From positions 1 through 62,922 of the IMG/VR virus record IMGVR_UViG_3300048690_000084: a stretch of 62,922 nt of DNA. The stretch is one strand, 5' to 3'. The notes beneath the pieces are model-generated. The model did not search any database and was not told the DNA's origin. It saw only the letters and a list, made by a program, of their open reading frames with translations. Position 1 is the first letter of the stretch. Every line of letters begins with the position of its first letter. The translations under genes were made by a program, and so were the position numbers. This DNA comes from a virus. Taxonomy: Duplodnaviria; Caudoviricetes. This document shows positions 46,014 to 55,397 of this stretch, in pieces.

Positions 46014-46253
46014 TTATGCGTCCGTTTTGTTGCGCAGATTGTCAATCTTGCGCTCAATTCGGTCAAACCTATCCAGCAACTGAGCCATGTCCGCCCGGAA
46101 TTCTGTGCGAGTGATGTGATCACGCGCCACTTCTTCCCGGGTGCGGTTCAGCAAAATGCTCAGCCGATCCAGCTCGTCGAATTTACTCTTGAGCAGAAAA
46201 CCCATCACAGCCACGATGGCGCTGAGCGCTACATTCCAAAGCATCATTTCCAT
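46014..46253 (-). CDS. Small TM + coiled-coil protein
   Basis: N-terminal TM; LLNRTREE.AR. Confidence 0.7.
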   Translation of the reverse strand: MEMMLWNVALSAIVAVMGFLLKSKFDELDRLSILLNRTREEVARDHITRTEFRADMAQLLDRFDRIERKIDNLRNKTDA

Positions 46254-46256
46254 GAT

Positions 46257-46517
46257 TCAGCACTTCCATCGCGCCAGTGACGCGGCTTTACGAGTGGGCT
46301 TGCCCTTCTCGTCTTTCATTGGACCCGGCATACCACTCATGCGTGCGCAGAAAGAGTCCTTGCGCTTGCCGCCTTCTGGCTGCGGGGCTTTAAGGCTGCT
46401 ACCTGTTTTGGCATTGTATGCTTTTCGACCGGCCGCAGTCATACCAGCACCTTCTTTTGTGCTGAGATAGTTGCGGCCCTTGCCTTTGGTAGTTTTTGCA
46501 ATTTGGTTTGCCATCAA
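46257..46517 (-). CDS. Small basic conserved phage protein (DUF6321-like)
   Basis: GAGMT..GR..YN..TGS.LKAP...R..SFCARM.G...RWKC. Confidence 0.75.
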   Translation of the reverse strand: MMANQIAKTTKGKGRNYLSTKEGAGMTAAGRKAYNAKTGSSLKAPQPEGGKRKDSFCARMSGMPGPMKDEKGKPTRKAASLARWKC

Positions 46518-47083
46518 AGCACCTCAAACCGGTTGTGTTTTGAAATATTCTCTTTGCCACGCAACACCCGCATATTGCTGGGGACGTGCAAACCAGACAC
46601 TAAATCACCTTGAAGCGGGATTACGTGATCGACATGCCAAGGCTCTTGGTTTTCACGGGTACGCATTGCCGCAACGGAGTGCAGGCACCTAATCTTTAGC
46701 TTGTCAAACTCGGTAAGCCATGCAGGGGTTCGTTGCAGCTTTATGGCCCTGCGGTTTGCAGCGCTTGCAGAAGCAATTTCGGGGCGTAGCTTTTGGCGGT
46801 TCAGCTGCCGTTTTTTGGCCTGCTCGTGATTTGCGTAGTAGTACTCAAGCGCTTGGGCGCGTCTTGTTTCTGCGTTGCGCTGGTATTCCGCCGAATAGTC
46901 CCGCTGCATATCAGAAGTTTTACGTTTGTGCTCTCGGCTACAAAACCTTGCGTTTGACTTTTTGTGGTCAATGTCCACGCCACACAACTCGCAGGCACGA
47001 CCTTTGGCGGTCAAACCAGCCCCCTTTGAGGCGGGCAGCTTTTCACCACGGCCGACAGCAAGGGAGGGGGTCTTCTTAGCCAT
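46514..47083 (-). CDS. HNH homing endonuclease fused to the captured 5' end of the neighbouring gene family
   Basis: RTPAWL, HVDHVIPLQG..VSGLHVP.N..L...EN..K.N; N-terminal KGAGLTAKGRA. Confidence 0.88.
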   Translation of the reverse strand: MAKKTPSLAVGRGEKLPASKGAGLTAKGRACELCGVDIDHKKSNARFCSREHKRKTSDMQRDYSAEYQRNAETRRAQALEYYYANHEQAKKRQLNRQKLRPEIASASAANRRAIKLQRTPAWLTEFDKLKIRCLHSVAAMRTRENQEPWHVDHVIPLQGDLVSGLHVPSNMRVLRGKENISKHNRFEVL

Positions 47084-47366
47084 AATAGACTGTCAAGTGC
47101 GCGTTGGCTGGCAGGGATACGTAAACACCATTGGAGAACTTGATGCCCTCGCCCGGAATTGCCAGCGAATCAAGAGCTTGGTTCGTTGAAATGTTAAGCG
47201 TCAAACGGATCGTGCCACTAGCAGCACTCGCGTTATCGTAAAACTCAACTTCACCAGCGGTGCCGCCGGGGGAAATGGAGTAACCTTTAACCCGAGTAGG
47301 ACCTGCAAAAACAATGCCGCTCGCGTCAAGGTGCGCGGCTTTTACATCTGTCTGCATCATAATCAA
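47076..47366 (-). CDS. Structural hypothetical protein
   Basis: QTDVK, IPGEGI.F..G.Y. Confidence 0.75.
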   Translation of the reverse strand: MIMMQTDVKAAHLDASGIVFAGPTRVKGYSISPGGTAGEVEFYDNASAASGTIRLTLNISTNQALDSLAIPGEGIKFSNGVYVSLPANAHLTVYYG

Positions 47367-47374
47367 TCTCCTTT

Positions 47375-47394
47375 AAAAAAGGGGCCGAGGCCCC
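47375..47394 (-). terminator. Intrinsic terminator
   Basis: GGGGCC-TC-GGCCCC followed by T6 on the minus strand. Confidence 0.6.
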
Positions 47395-47403
47395 CGAGAT
47401 CAA

Positions 47404-47712
47404 TTAGCTCAGGGCTGCGCCGACGGCAGTAACCCAAGCGGCACCAGTGCTGATGACCAAGCAGTACTCGTTGTTGCCAGAGCCGTTGTCGCTAATCAAG
47501 CGAACTTGGCCAGCGTTACCAGCAGCTGCTGCAGGCAGAGCGGCAGTCAGGATGGCTGGCAGGTCAAGGAAGGCGGAGACGGTAACGCTGTCTACGCTGG
47601 TGGCTGGACCCAAAGTGCCAGTAACGGTTACAGCGCCAGTCGTGGAGCTAATAGAAACGGTTTGAAAGCCATTTTCAGAACGAACTGGGCCGGAGTAGGT
47701 GGTATTGCTCAT
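47404..47712 (-). CDS. Minor capsid/decoration-like protein
   Basis: TT.SGPVRSENGF start, directly after the capsid gene. Confidence 0.7.
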   Translation of the reverse strand: MSNTTYSGPVRSENGFQTVSISSTTGAVTVTGTLGPATSVDSVTVSAFLDLPAILTAALPAAAAGNAGQVRLISDNGSGNNEYCLVISTGAAWVTAVGAALS

Positions 47713-47721
47713 GCTGATTCC

Positions 47722-47797
47722 TCACATGCGAGTTGAGGCGTATCTGTCTGCATGTCGTCGGCCCGGAGCCGTCAGATACACCGGAAAAGTCCGGGAG
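47722..47797 (-). ncRNA. Structured RNA downstream of gpT-like capsid gene (likely Mu-gpT-DE motif)
   Basis: 10-bp stem 47737-46/47773-82, two 6-bp pseudoknot-type pairings; location matches that motif's described context. Confidence 0.6.
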
Positions 47798-47814
47798 TGC
47801 TGGCAATATACACC

Positions 47815-47842
47815 AAAAGAAAAGGGCCCACAAGGGGCCCTT
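47815..47842 (-). terminator. Intrinsic terminator after capsid gene
   Basis: AGGGCCCC-loop-GGGGCCCT followed by TTTCTTTT. Confidence 0.75.
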
Positions 47843-47864
47843 CTCATTTCTCCATAAACGCTGA

Positions 47865-48779
47865 TTAAGCGCCGGGGGAGCCGTAGATACCCAGTGGGTC
47901 CGACACGCCGAAGCTGTAACGCTCGCGGGCTTTGTAACGGACGTTCCCTGTATCGAAGTCACCATCCATGGAATTCGCCAAAGGCGAACGCACAAAGTGC
48001 TTCAGACCGTTAGGCACGTCAGTCAACAGGAACCAAGCGTTGGTGTCAGTCAAGAAGTTGTTGACTGTGTAACCACCGGGGATGGAGCCGTTGTTCTTGA
48101 TGGCGTTGATGTCGTTGTCAGCAGTACCGACGCGGAGTTCAGTTTCCAACAGGCGGGTTGCAACGAATTGCAGTGCTGGTGGAACAACCAACTTCTTAGG
48201 CTTAGCGGCAATCAACAGACCGCGTTCGTCTGTCCAAGCAGCGATCTGAATAACAGCGTTTTCCAACGATGTTTCGTTCAAGTCGGCAGCAGTAGCAGGA
48301 CGGTTGCTGTTAACGCCACCAGACACCAGAGGGTGAGCGGTAGAGAACAGAACTTGGCCGTCACCGTAAGTGGGGTTGCCGGAACCAGTGAAACCTTGGT
48401 TCAAGATCGCAGCAGCCTTGACTTGCTTGGTGTAAGCCATTGCACGGGCCAAGGCCTTGGTGTAGCGGCTGGACAAGCTGTCGTACAAGTTATCTTCCAC
48501 AGCTTCTTCCGTGATGGAGAAGCCTTGGGCGATGGTCTCGTGGGTGTAGCGAGCAGTCCATGCTTCTTGCGCGTTGTCATAAGCGATGGCGGAGCCTTCG
48601 TTCTTGACAGGAGCGGCTTGGAAGCCAGACAACTTGGTTTCTTCTTCAAAGCTACGCTCCGAGGATTCGGTTTCGTAGATTTCTTTGTGCTGCTCGCCGT
48701 AACGTGCGTACTCCATGCCGAACAAGGCGTTCAGGCCGGGAAGCAATTCTTTGAGCAGTTGTGCGCGTGAAATAGCCAT
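47865..48779 (-). CDS. Major capsid protein (Mu gpT-like)
   Basis: MAISRAQLLKELLPGLNALFG; S.RSFEEE; RERYSFG; biased codon use. Confidence 0.9.
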   Translation of the reverse strand: MAISRAQLLKELLPGLNALFGMEYARYGEQHKEIYETESSERSFEEETKLSGFQAAPVKNEGSAIAYDNAQEAWTARYTHETIAQGFSITEEAVEDNLYDSLSSRYTKALARAMAYTKQVKAAAILNQGFTGSGNPTYGDGQVLFSTAHPLVSGGVNSNRPATAADLNETSLENAVIQIAAWTDERGLLIAAKPKKLVVPPALQFVATRLLETELRVGTADNDINAIKNNGSIPGGYTVNNFLTDTNAWFLLTDVPNGLKHFVRSPLANSMDGDFDTGNVRYKARERYSFGVSDPLGIYGSPGA

Positions 48780-48792
48780 GGTGAGTTACTCC

Positions 48793-49395
48793 TTAGATGC
48801 CGACGGCGTTAGAGAAGGCGTGTGCGCCGGGATTGAACTTCACCAGAACGTCTGGGAAAGCGTCAGTCACAGGGGATGCAAAGCCAATGATTTTGAACGC
48901 AGCAGCGGCGGTTTGAACGGTGGACTCCAATGCGCTGGTCGAGTTACCTGTACGGGTAGAACCTGTAGAGGTGGACTGCACGGCAGCAAAGAAAGTGTTC
49001 GCACCAAGAGCGGCTTGAGTCACGGAACCATCCAGCTGAGCTTGGAAAGTCACGCTGTCGTCAGTCACCACGTATGCAGTCACCACGCCGGTTGTGCCGG
49101 AGGGGTAGTACTGAGCGTAGATTTGCTGGCCTTGTGCGTTGATGTACGAGCAACCAACGAACACACCAATAGCGCCGAGGCCAGAGCCGCCGAGGTTGTT
49201 GGTAGTCAAGTCAGCGCCAGTGGCGGTGGACAGAGCGATGTAACCATCAGCATCCAGAATCACAACTTGACCGTAGAACAAGTTGGTACCGGTGCCGGCT
49301 GGGTTAATCAGGAACTGCGATGTAGCGCCGGCATAGGGCATGCCGTCGTTACGGTTTACGGCTTTCAGACCGTAAGGGGAGGCGGTAGTTGCCAT
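48793..49395 (-). CDS. Capsid-associated (cement/decoration) protein
   Basis: PYGL..V, GVF.GC.Y; directly upstream of capsid. Confidence 0.7.
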   Translation of the reverse strand: MATTASPYGLKAVNRNDGMPYAGATSQFLINPAGTGTNLFYGQVVILDADGYIALSTATGADLTTNNLGGSGLGAIGVFVGCSYINAQGQQIYAQYYPSGTTGVVTAYVVTDDSVTFQAQLDGSVTQAALGANTFFAAVQSTSTGSTRTGNSTSALESTVQTAAAAFKIIGFASPVTDAFPDVLVKFNPGAHAFSNAVGI

Positions 49396-49413
49396 TTGAG
49401 AACTCCAAAAAAG

Positions 49414-49869
49414 TTAAGTACCTTTACCGAAAGTGACCTTGGTAGACCGCTCTTTGAAGAGAGGCATACGCGGATCATTTTCACGCATATAGCTGTTGTC
49501 CACGGACTGCATCTGCGATTCAGCTTGATTGCTGTAATACGCATTACGCTGTTCCACAAACTCAACCGGGGTTTTACAGAGCAAAAGACCACCCACTTCA
49601 ACGGAGTCTGGAAAACGACCATCGGTCGAAGAACCAAACAAACGAATCTCTGGATGCTCAGAAGCCTTGACGGGTTCCCAGCCTTCGCGGAGCTTAGAAG
49701 AAATATTCAACGGGTCAGCGTTGTTCAACGTGCTGATGCGAATCCAGCGGAACGCATAACCCGGCTCTGGATGAGGGTCGGGAAGAAGCTGTGGAGGCAT
49801 CCATTTGGTAGGACGCTCTGCCTTTGCTCGCGTATCAAGTTCACGTTTATCACGAATCTGTTCAGCCAT
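49414..49869 (-). CDS. Head morphogenesis hypothetical protein
   Basis: W.PP..LP.P..G..FRWIR, REGWEPV, VGGLLLCK.P. Confidence 0.75.
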   Translation of the reverse strand: MAEQIRDKRELDTRAKAERPTKWMPPQLLPDPHPEPGYAFRWIRISTLNNADPLNISSKLREGWEPVKASEHPEIRLFGSSTDGRFPDSVEVGGLLLCKTPVEFVEQRNAYYSNQAESQMQSVDNSYMRENDPRMPLFKERSTKVTFGKGT

Positions 49870-49871
49870 TT

Positions 49872-50834
49872 TTATTTCCTCATTTCTTCCGCAACCTTAC
49901 GAGCATAGAGTTCCAAAGGAACACCCAGCCGCTTGGCGAGATCGACCTGCGTTTTGGTAAGTACGACCTTGCGGGGCGCAGTACTACGTGTTGCTGGTGC
50001 GACAACATTCGATTGTTTAGATGGAGTTTGCGCATCCACCTGCTTCTTCGGCTCGAAAGAATCCGAGAAGCGGTTCCGCATGTCAGTGTCGATACGGTCG
50101 TAGTACTCGTCACTGCCAACTGGAATACCTTCAGAAACCAACTCCGAATGAAGGCCAAGAGCGTAAGCCGTCATTTTTTGATTGGCACCAAACCACGAGT
50201 TCTTGTCTTGCCACTCAGCGAGTTTTGCGTCAATTTTCGGAGCAGGTTCCTGCTGTGGTTGAGTTTTTACCTCAATTTCTTGCTCCTGTAAAGGAGCCGG
50301 TGTGTAATTGTTTACGCGCTCGGCACGCATTTTTGCGCTGGTGAGTGCCTCTTGGGCATTGACCAAAGCATCAGAGTCGCCTGCTTCGTAAGCAGCCTTG
50401 TATTCGCGTTTGGCTTTTTCCAGCTCATTGGCTGCCACCAACTTGGCTTGCTCAATGTAGGCACCTTGGCCTTCGTGCAGCGTACCTCGGAGCTTTTTAT
50501 TCTCCTCAATGATCGACTGCGCGATTCGGATCGCCTCATCTTTTTCGCGTTGAGCAGTTTCCTTGGCTCGACGCTCTTCGTGGTAGCCCTTGGTGAAGTG
50601 CTGAATACGCTTGCGAACGCTCTCGTCGTACTTTGCCAGCTCTTCATCAGCCATGTCCTTGGGCGGCTCTTCCATTGGCTTGCGATTGCGGTCGGCAACT
50701 GGAGTGTCGTCCACAATTTCAATGTCAACTTCATTGGCCTTAATCTCGACTTCGGGCTCAACCACTTTTCCGCCAGCACGAGGATTCTCGGAGGCTTCAT
50801 CTGGAAATTCAAATTCCGTTTTTTCGATTGCCAT
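49872..50834 (-). CDS. Scaffolding protein
   Basis: Acidic coiled coil; C-terminal AKRLGVPLE.YA. Confidence 0.75.
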   Translation of the reverse strand: MAIEKTEFEFPDEASENPRAGGKVVEPEVEIKANEVDIEIVDDTPVADRNRKPMEEPPKDMADEELAKYDESVRKRIQHFTKGYHEERRAKETAQREKDEAIRIAQSIIEENKKLRGTLHEGQGAYIEQAKLVAANELEKAKREYKAAYEAGDSDALVNAQEALTSAKMRAERVNNYTPAPLQEQEIEVKTQPQQEPAPKIDAKLAEWQDKNSWFGANQKMTAYALGLHSELVSEGIPVGSDEYYDRIDTDMRNRFSDSFEPKKQVDAQTPSKQSNVVAPATRSTAPRKVVLTKTQVDLAKRLGVPLELYARKVAEEMRK

Positions 50835-50844
50835 GGTTTACTCC

Positions 50845-51243
50845 TTAAACGCGCTGCACGCCGCGTGGGTCTTGCACGACTGCTTCAACCGAATCATCAT
50901 TGATGATGCGGAATTCGCGGCCATGAATCTTCATGCGAGTGCCGGTGTTTGGACGAACCAAAATGAAGTCTCCAACTTTGCAGCTTGGGCCGCTTGGAAA
51001 GCGCTTTTCGTCTTTGAATGCGTCTGGACCCATCTTTGCCACGAACAGCACAGGGGACAAGAGTTCTTCAAAGTGGATTGTTTGGCTGGACTTGAGCAGT
51101 CCGCCTTCGTACTCTTCGTTGGCTTCTGGGAGGATGCACAGAAGGTGGTACGTCACTGGATCGGGAACCTGCTTGGCCTTTTCCTCTTCGCTCTTGTTCA
51201 GAACGCCGGTTAGGTCAACTGCAGCAACATCAAATTCACTCAT
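50845..51243 (-). CDS. GroES-like co-chaperonin
   Basis: GGLL, MGPDA, CKVGDFIL...GT...G.EFRIINDD.V.AVV. Confidence 0.85.
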   Translation of the reverse strand: MSEFDVAAVDLTGVLNKSEEEKAKQVPDPVTYHLLCILPEANEEYEGGLLKSSQTIHFEELLSPVLFVAKMGPDAFKDEKRFPSGPSCKVGDFILVRPNTGTRMKIHGREFRIINDDSVEAVVQDPRGVQRV

Positions 51244-51433
51244 CGTAGTCTTTCATTTTTTGCGCAAGGTCGTTGATTTCAGCAAGTGCGGTCAACAGAC
51301 CCAGAATAACCCCGCACTTGTTCTGGTAATCAGCGTAGTCTTTAGCTACGCCATCACCCAGACTCTCCACGATTCGTTTTCGGTGCTCGTCAATTTTTGA
51401 CTTTAGCAGGTCCAGAACTCTTTCGTCCATCAT
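51236..51433 (-). CDS. Hypothetical protein
   Basis: Short helical ORF between portal and GroES. Confidence 0.7.
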   Translation of the reverse strand: MMDERVLDLLKSKIDEHRKRIVESLGDGVAKDYADYQNKCGVILGLLTALAEINDLAQKMKDYDE

Positions 51434-53856
51434 TCACCTCTTGTGGTCTGGCCTTGACGGCTCTTCGCAATGTCGATGCCCATGCGGACACCTTCACGTT
51501 CTTGTTCGGCTTGCATCTTTTTCTCAGCCTGCTGCGCCTGTTGGCCGGCTTTGAAGCCATCCAATTCCATCTTGCCTTCCAGTGCCTGCTTTTTCAGCTC
51601 CAGCTCATCGGCCTTGGCTGCGGCGTCAAGTTGCATCTTCTTCTCTTTGATGGCAACTTCTTGAGCCTTGATCTGCAACTCTTGCTGTTGCATCTGGACA
51701 ACTGGGTCTTGAGCTTGCTGTTGGGCTTGCTCTTGCGCGGCCGTAGCTTGGTTCTCCTGAAGAACTTGCTGTGCAGCTTGAGCCATCATCCCGGACAAAG
51801 CGATCTCGATTTGCGGTGGCAGCTCTTCGCCTTCTGGCGGCAAAGCAACGCCGAGCTGCTGCTCGATGCGCTGGCGATATGCAAATGCCGTGTGCTCTGC
51901 AATGTGAGCCATCATGGCCGCTTGCATTGCTTGAGCCTGCGGATTCTGTCCAATCATTTGCATGATCACAGGGTCCTGCATGGCCGACATGTGCACCTGA
52001 ATGTGCGCTTGGTGGTCCTGATACTGGAACGCTTTGACCGGCTTCATATTGATGACGGCCATGTTTTCAAACACTGGGTCCTTTGGCTTCTGGTCTTCGT
52101 CCAACGGGATCAGCTTGTCGGCATTCTTGATGCCAAGCACTTCGATCATCTGACGGTGCAACTGAGGCAGGTCGTAAATCTGTGGCGCGGTTTGCGACAA
52201 CTGGATCACGGCTTGGTACTGCATGATCCGCTGGGCCATGGTGGCACTGTTCGGATCGGACACCGGAATCACGTTCACGACATCGTAGTCGGACTGCTTC
52301 AACTGACGATCGCCAACAACTGGCTCGTAGTCGTAGCTCTCTGGCGCGTTGTCGCGGATGATGTCCTTGAGGAGCTTGAACTCTTCCTTCATCGAGAAGT
52401 GCACGCGAGCTTGCACGGCCGACATGGTCTTCAGCTGGCGCTCAAGGATTGCCAGTGTTGTACCCACTGGTGCGTTGGCGCTCATGTCGCTGACCTTCAT
52501 GTCGGCAACAGAACCAAGGCGGCGAGCCTCTTCCGTAATCTGGTTTAGCAAAGCCATCAGAACTTGGCTTGGCTCCTTGTACGGCAAGGGCATGATGTTG
52601 TCACGCACAGTGCCGCTGGCCACGTCAACGTCGCGGAATTCACCGGGAGCAATTGGTGTGTCATCACCTTTGATGCGCAGGCCGCGAGCCTTCAAGCCAC
52701 CGGGCAAGTTGCTCAACGTACCAGCGTCCACCAACTGGCGAATGATCGAAGTGCCTGCACGGGCGTAGCCACCGATGATGTGGATCAGGCCAAGGCCGTA
52801 AACACCGAAGCCGGGAATGTAGATGTACTGGACAAAGTGGTTGCGCTTTGAACGCAGCTTGTCGCCCTGTTTCCAGTTACGGCGGATCGACAAAACTTTT
52901 TGCGTTGCGCGATCAATTGCGATCACGTATGGCAGAGCAATGCCGTCTTCATCTTCAAAACCGGGCAAGTCGTAATCGACGTGGATTTCGAGGATTTGGT
53001 AACGGTCGTCATCGGTCAAAGAGAAGCCTTGGTCTTCGGCTTTTTTCTTCTCGATGTCGTTGTGAATTGTTGTCGGCTCACCCAGATCAACGTCGCGGTA
53101 GAAGCCCGAAACCTGCAGCTTGCGGATTTCGTTTTTGGTCTTGCGCATCGTGTGTGTGACGCGCTCGGAGGTCATCACGTTGGATGCGCCGTAAGGAATG
53201 ATCAGGTCCTCTGCGGGAATGAACATGGCCACCTGACGGCCGAGGCCCGGATCGAAGTACACCTTCTTGAATGCGGAGCCAGCCAATCCCAACGAGTACA
53301 GCATGCGCTCGTGCTCTGGGCGGTACTCAGGCATTTCGTCGGTAAGCTTGTAGTTCATGTCTTCGCGGACACGCTCTGCAATCTCTTCGGTCATCTTGTT
53401 GATGGCACCGACAATTTTTGTCTTGACTGGACCCTGCGCTGGGAACGTCTCGGTAATGGTTTCTGATTGGAACCGGATGGCAGCTTCTGTCAGCACTGTG
53501 GAGTACACACCGCAAGCGCCGTTCCATGGCTCGGTGCGCTCTTCGTACTTCATGCCCAACACTTCGAGGCCCTTGACGTACATCTCAACCCAGTCGCGGC
53601 GTGATGTGATGTCGGACTCAACTTCTTCAATCAGGTCGGACGAGATTTTGAGCAGCTCGCCTTCGTCCATGTCCTCGGCTAAGTTGCGGCCAAAGTCACC
53701 ATCATCGCCATCCTCTGGCATCAGGGTAATTTCAACGCTGCCGGTGTCGATGGTGACCGCATCAGGATTGATGATTTCGATTTCGATCGGGGACTCATCG
53801 CCACCCAAAGAATCCAGACCAGTGGGGGCCGCGTAGAGCGAGCTTTCGATACTCAT
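51430..53856 (-). CDS. Portal protein
   Basis: 808 aa after TerL; GSAFKKVYFD, YGLGLIH, Q-rich helical barrel. Confidence 0.9.
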   Translation of the reverse strand: MSIESSLYAAPTGLDSLGGDESPIEIEIINPDAVTIDTGSVEITLMPEDGDDGDFGRNLAEDMDEGELLKISSDLIEEVESDITSRRDWVEMYVKGLEVLGMKYEERTEPWNGACGVYSTVLTEAAIRFQSETITETFPAQGPVKTKIVGAINKMTEEIAERVREDMNYKLTDEMPEYRPEHERMLYSLGLAGSAFKKVYFDPGLGRQVAMFIPAEDLIIPYGASNVMTSERVTHTMRKTKNEIRKLQVSGFYRDVDLGEPTTIHNDIEKKKAEDQGFSLTDDDRYQILEIHVDYDLPGFEDEDGIALPYVIAIDRATQKVLSIRRNWKQGDKLRSKRNHFVQYIYIPGFGVYGLGLIHIIGGYARAGTSIIRQLVDAGTLSNLPGGLKARGLRIKGDDTPIAPGEFRDVDVASGTVRDNIMPLPYKEPSQVLMALLNQITEEARRLGSVADMKVSDMSANAPVGTTLAILERQLKTMSAVQARVHFSMKEEFKLLKDIIRDNAPESYDYEPVVGDRQLKQSDYDVVNVIPVSDPNSATMAQRIMQYQAVIQLSQTAPQIYDLPQLHRQMIEVLGIKNADKLIPLDEDQKPKDPVFENMAVINMKPVKAFQYQDHQAHIQVHMSAMQDPVIMQMIGQNPQAQAMQAAMMAHIAEHTAFAYRQRIEQQLGVALPPEGEELPPQIEIALSGMMAQAAQQVLQENQATAAQEQAQQQAQDPVVQMQQQELQIKAQEVAIKEKKMQLDAAAKADELELKKQALEGKMELDGFKAGQQAQQAEKKMQAEQEREGVRMGIDIAKSRQGQTTRGE

Positions 53857-53865
53857 AATGATGCC

Positions 53866-55374
53866 TTAATAGAAGACGTTTTTTCGACGGAAGCCTTCTG
53901 GCTCGTCGCGCTGATCGGATTCTAGTCTCAAGAAGCCGCCTTGTCGAAACCTTGTAATAGCCATCACGGCCGTGTCAGCCAAGTCGTCGTGTGCCGCATT
54001 TGGAAACGATGCCATCTGGTCAATCAGCTCTCGTGCCCACCGGGTATCTGGAGCCCAAACTTTTCCGCCTTGGAAGATCGGTGCCACGGTGTTCATGCGG
54101 GCAATTTTGTCGTTCGATTGCTGTTTTGTACCACGGCTTGGCGTGTACCCACGGACAAACATGTCGGCCTGCTGGTTCAATTCCTGAATCAGCGAAGCTC
54201 CGGCCGCTTTGGCTTCAATAATACAGTCATCCGGCTCCCAATCCATGTAGTGTGATCGCGCTTTTTCCTTCAGCTCGGGAAATTCCATCCGCTTTTGGAA
54301 GGCATCCAGCAAAATGATGTTCGCATCATTGGGGTCCTCGTTCAAATAGAACACACCCCACGTCGTACAGGCCGAAAAGTCAGAGCGCTCATTCTTTGTG
54401 AAAGCCGTATCCCATGCTTGGATGATGAATTCGCATCTTGGCGGCTCGTCATTCTCCCAAACACGCCACCAATCGCGTTTTACGATGGCACCCTCCTCGC
54501 CAGTGGGCTTTTGCTGGTACTGGGCGTTCCATTTTCCGGGTGGCAATTCTTCCTTCAAGTCTTCCAGCAGCTCTTTCGACCAAAATTCTGGCCAAAGCGG
54601 GTTACCAGACGGCAAGATCGCAGGAAATTCAATGACGCGCCACTCGTCAGTCTTGCCTCGCTCGGCCGAATCCTTCAAAACGCGGCCAATCAAGTCACCC
54701 TCGGCCCACCGAGTCGCAATAATGATGATCGCCCCGTTAGGCTGGAGTCGCTGACGAGGTCCAGAGGTGTACCACTCGTACGCTTTGTCGTAGACAGAGG
54801 GGTCGTGGGCAGCCAAAGTCGCCTCACCCTCGGTGTGCGGGTCGTCAATGATGACCAGATCAGCACCACGGCCAGTCATCGTACCGCCAACACCGATCGC
54901 AAAGTACTCGCCCACCTCATTCACAGCCCACCGGCCGGCAGACTTCGAGTCTTGCCGAATGTTCGTGCTCGGGAACACCTCGTGGTATTGCTCACTCATG
55001 ACAAGGTTACGCACCTTCCGGCCAAATCCAACTGCCAGTTCACCAGTGTTGGACGCCTGCATCACCTTCTTGTCGGGAAACTTCCCCAAGAACCAAGCCG
55101 GCAGCATGTACGAGCCAAACTCCGACTTCGTATGCCGTGGAGGCATCGAGATGGCCAGACGCTTGAGCTTTCCCGAGGCAATGTCCTCAAACGCCTTAGC
55201 CACCACAGCATGGTGCCGGCCATGAATAAAACCCGGCCACATCTTTTTCACGAAAGCCATGAACGAGTTTTGACACTGCTCCCTCTCCAGCGCAGCCTTG
55301 TACTCGGCCACCTGCTCCATAAGCTTCTCCTGCTCATGAATCGGTAGCGTGGCGATGATCTTTTCAATATCCAT
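53866..55374 (-). CDS. terL: Terminase large subunit
   Basis: MPPRHTKSE, GRGADL.IIDDP, WDTAF, IEAKAAG, FPNAAHDDLAD. Confidence 0.96.
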   Translation of the reverse strand: MDIEKIIATLPIHEQEKLMEQVAEYKAALEREQCQNSFMAFVKKMWPGFIHGRHHAVVAKAFEDIASGKLKRLAISMPPRHTKSEFGSYMLPAWFLGKFPDKKVMQASNTGELAVGFGRKVRNLVMSEQYHEVFPSTNIRQDSKSAGRWAVNEVGEYFAIGVGGTMTGRGADLVIIDDPHTEGEATLAAHDPSVYDKAYEWYTSGPRQRLQPNGAIIIIATRWAEGDLIGRVLKDSAERGKTDEWRVIEFPAILPSGNPLWPEFWSKELLEDLKEELPPGKWNAQYQQKPTGEEGAIVKRDWWRVWENDEPPRCEFIIQAWDTAFTKNERSDFSACTTWGVFYLNEDPNDANIILLDAFQKRMEFPELKEKARSHYMDWEPDDCIIEAKAAGASLIQELNQQADMFVRGYTPSRGTKQQSNDKIARMNTVAPIFQGGKVWAPDTRWARELIDQMASFPNAAHDDLADTAVMAITRFRQGGFLRLESDQRDEPEGFRRKNVFY

Positions 55375-55397
55375 TGCGGAGCGACTTTTTTATTTTT

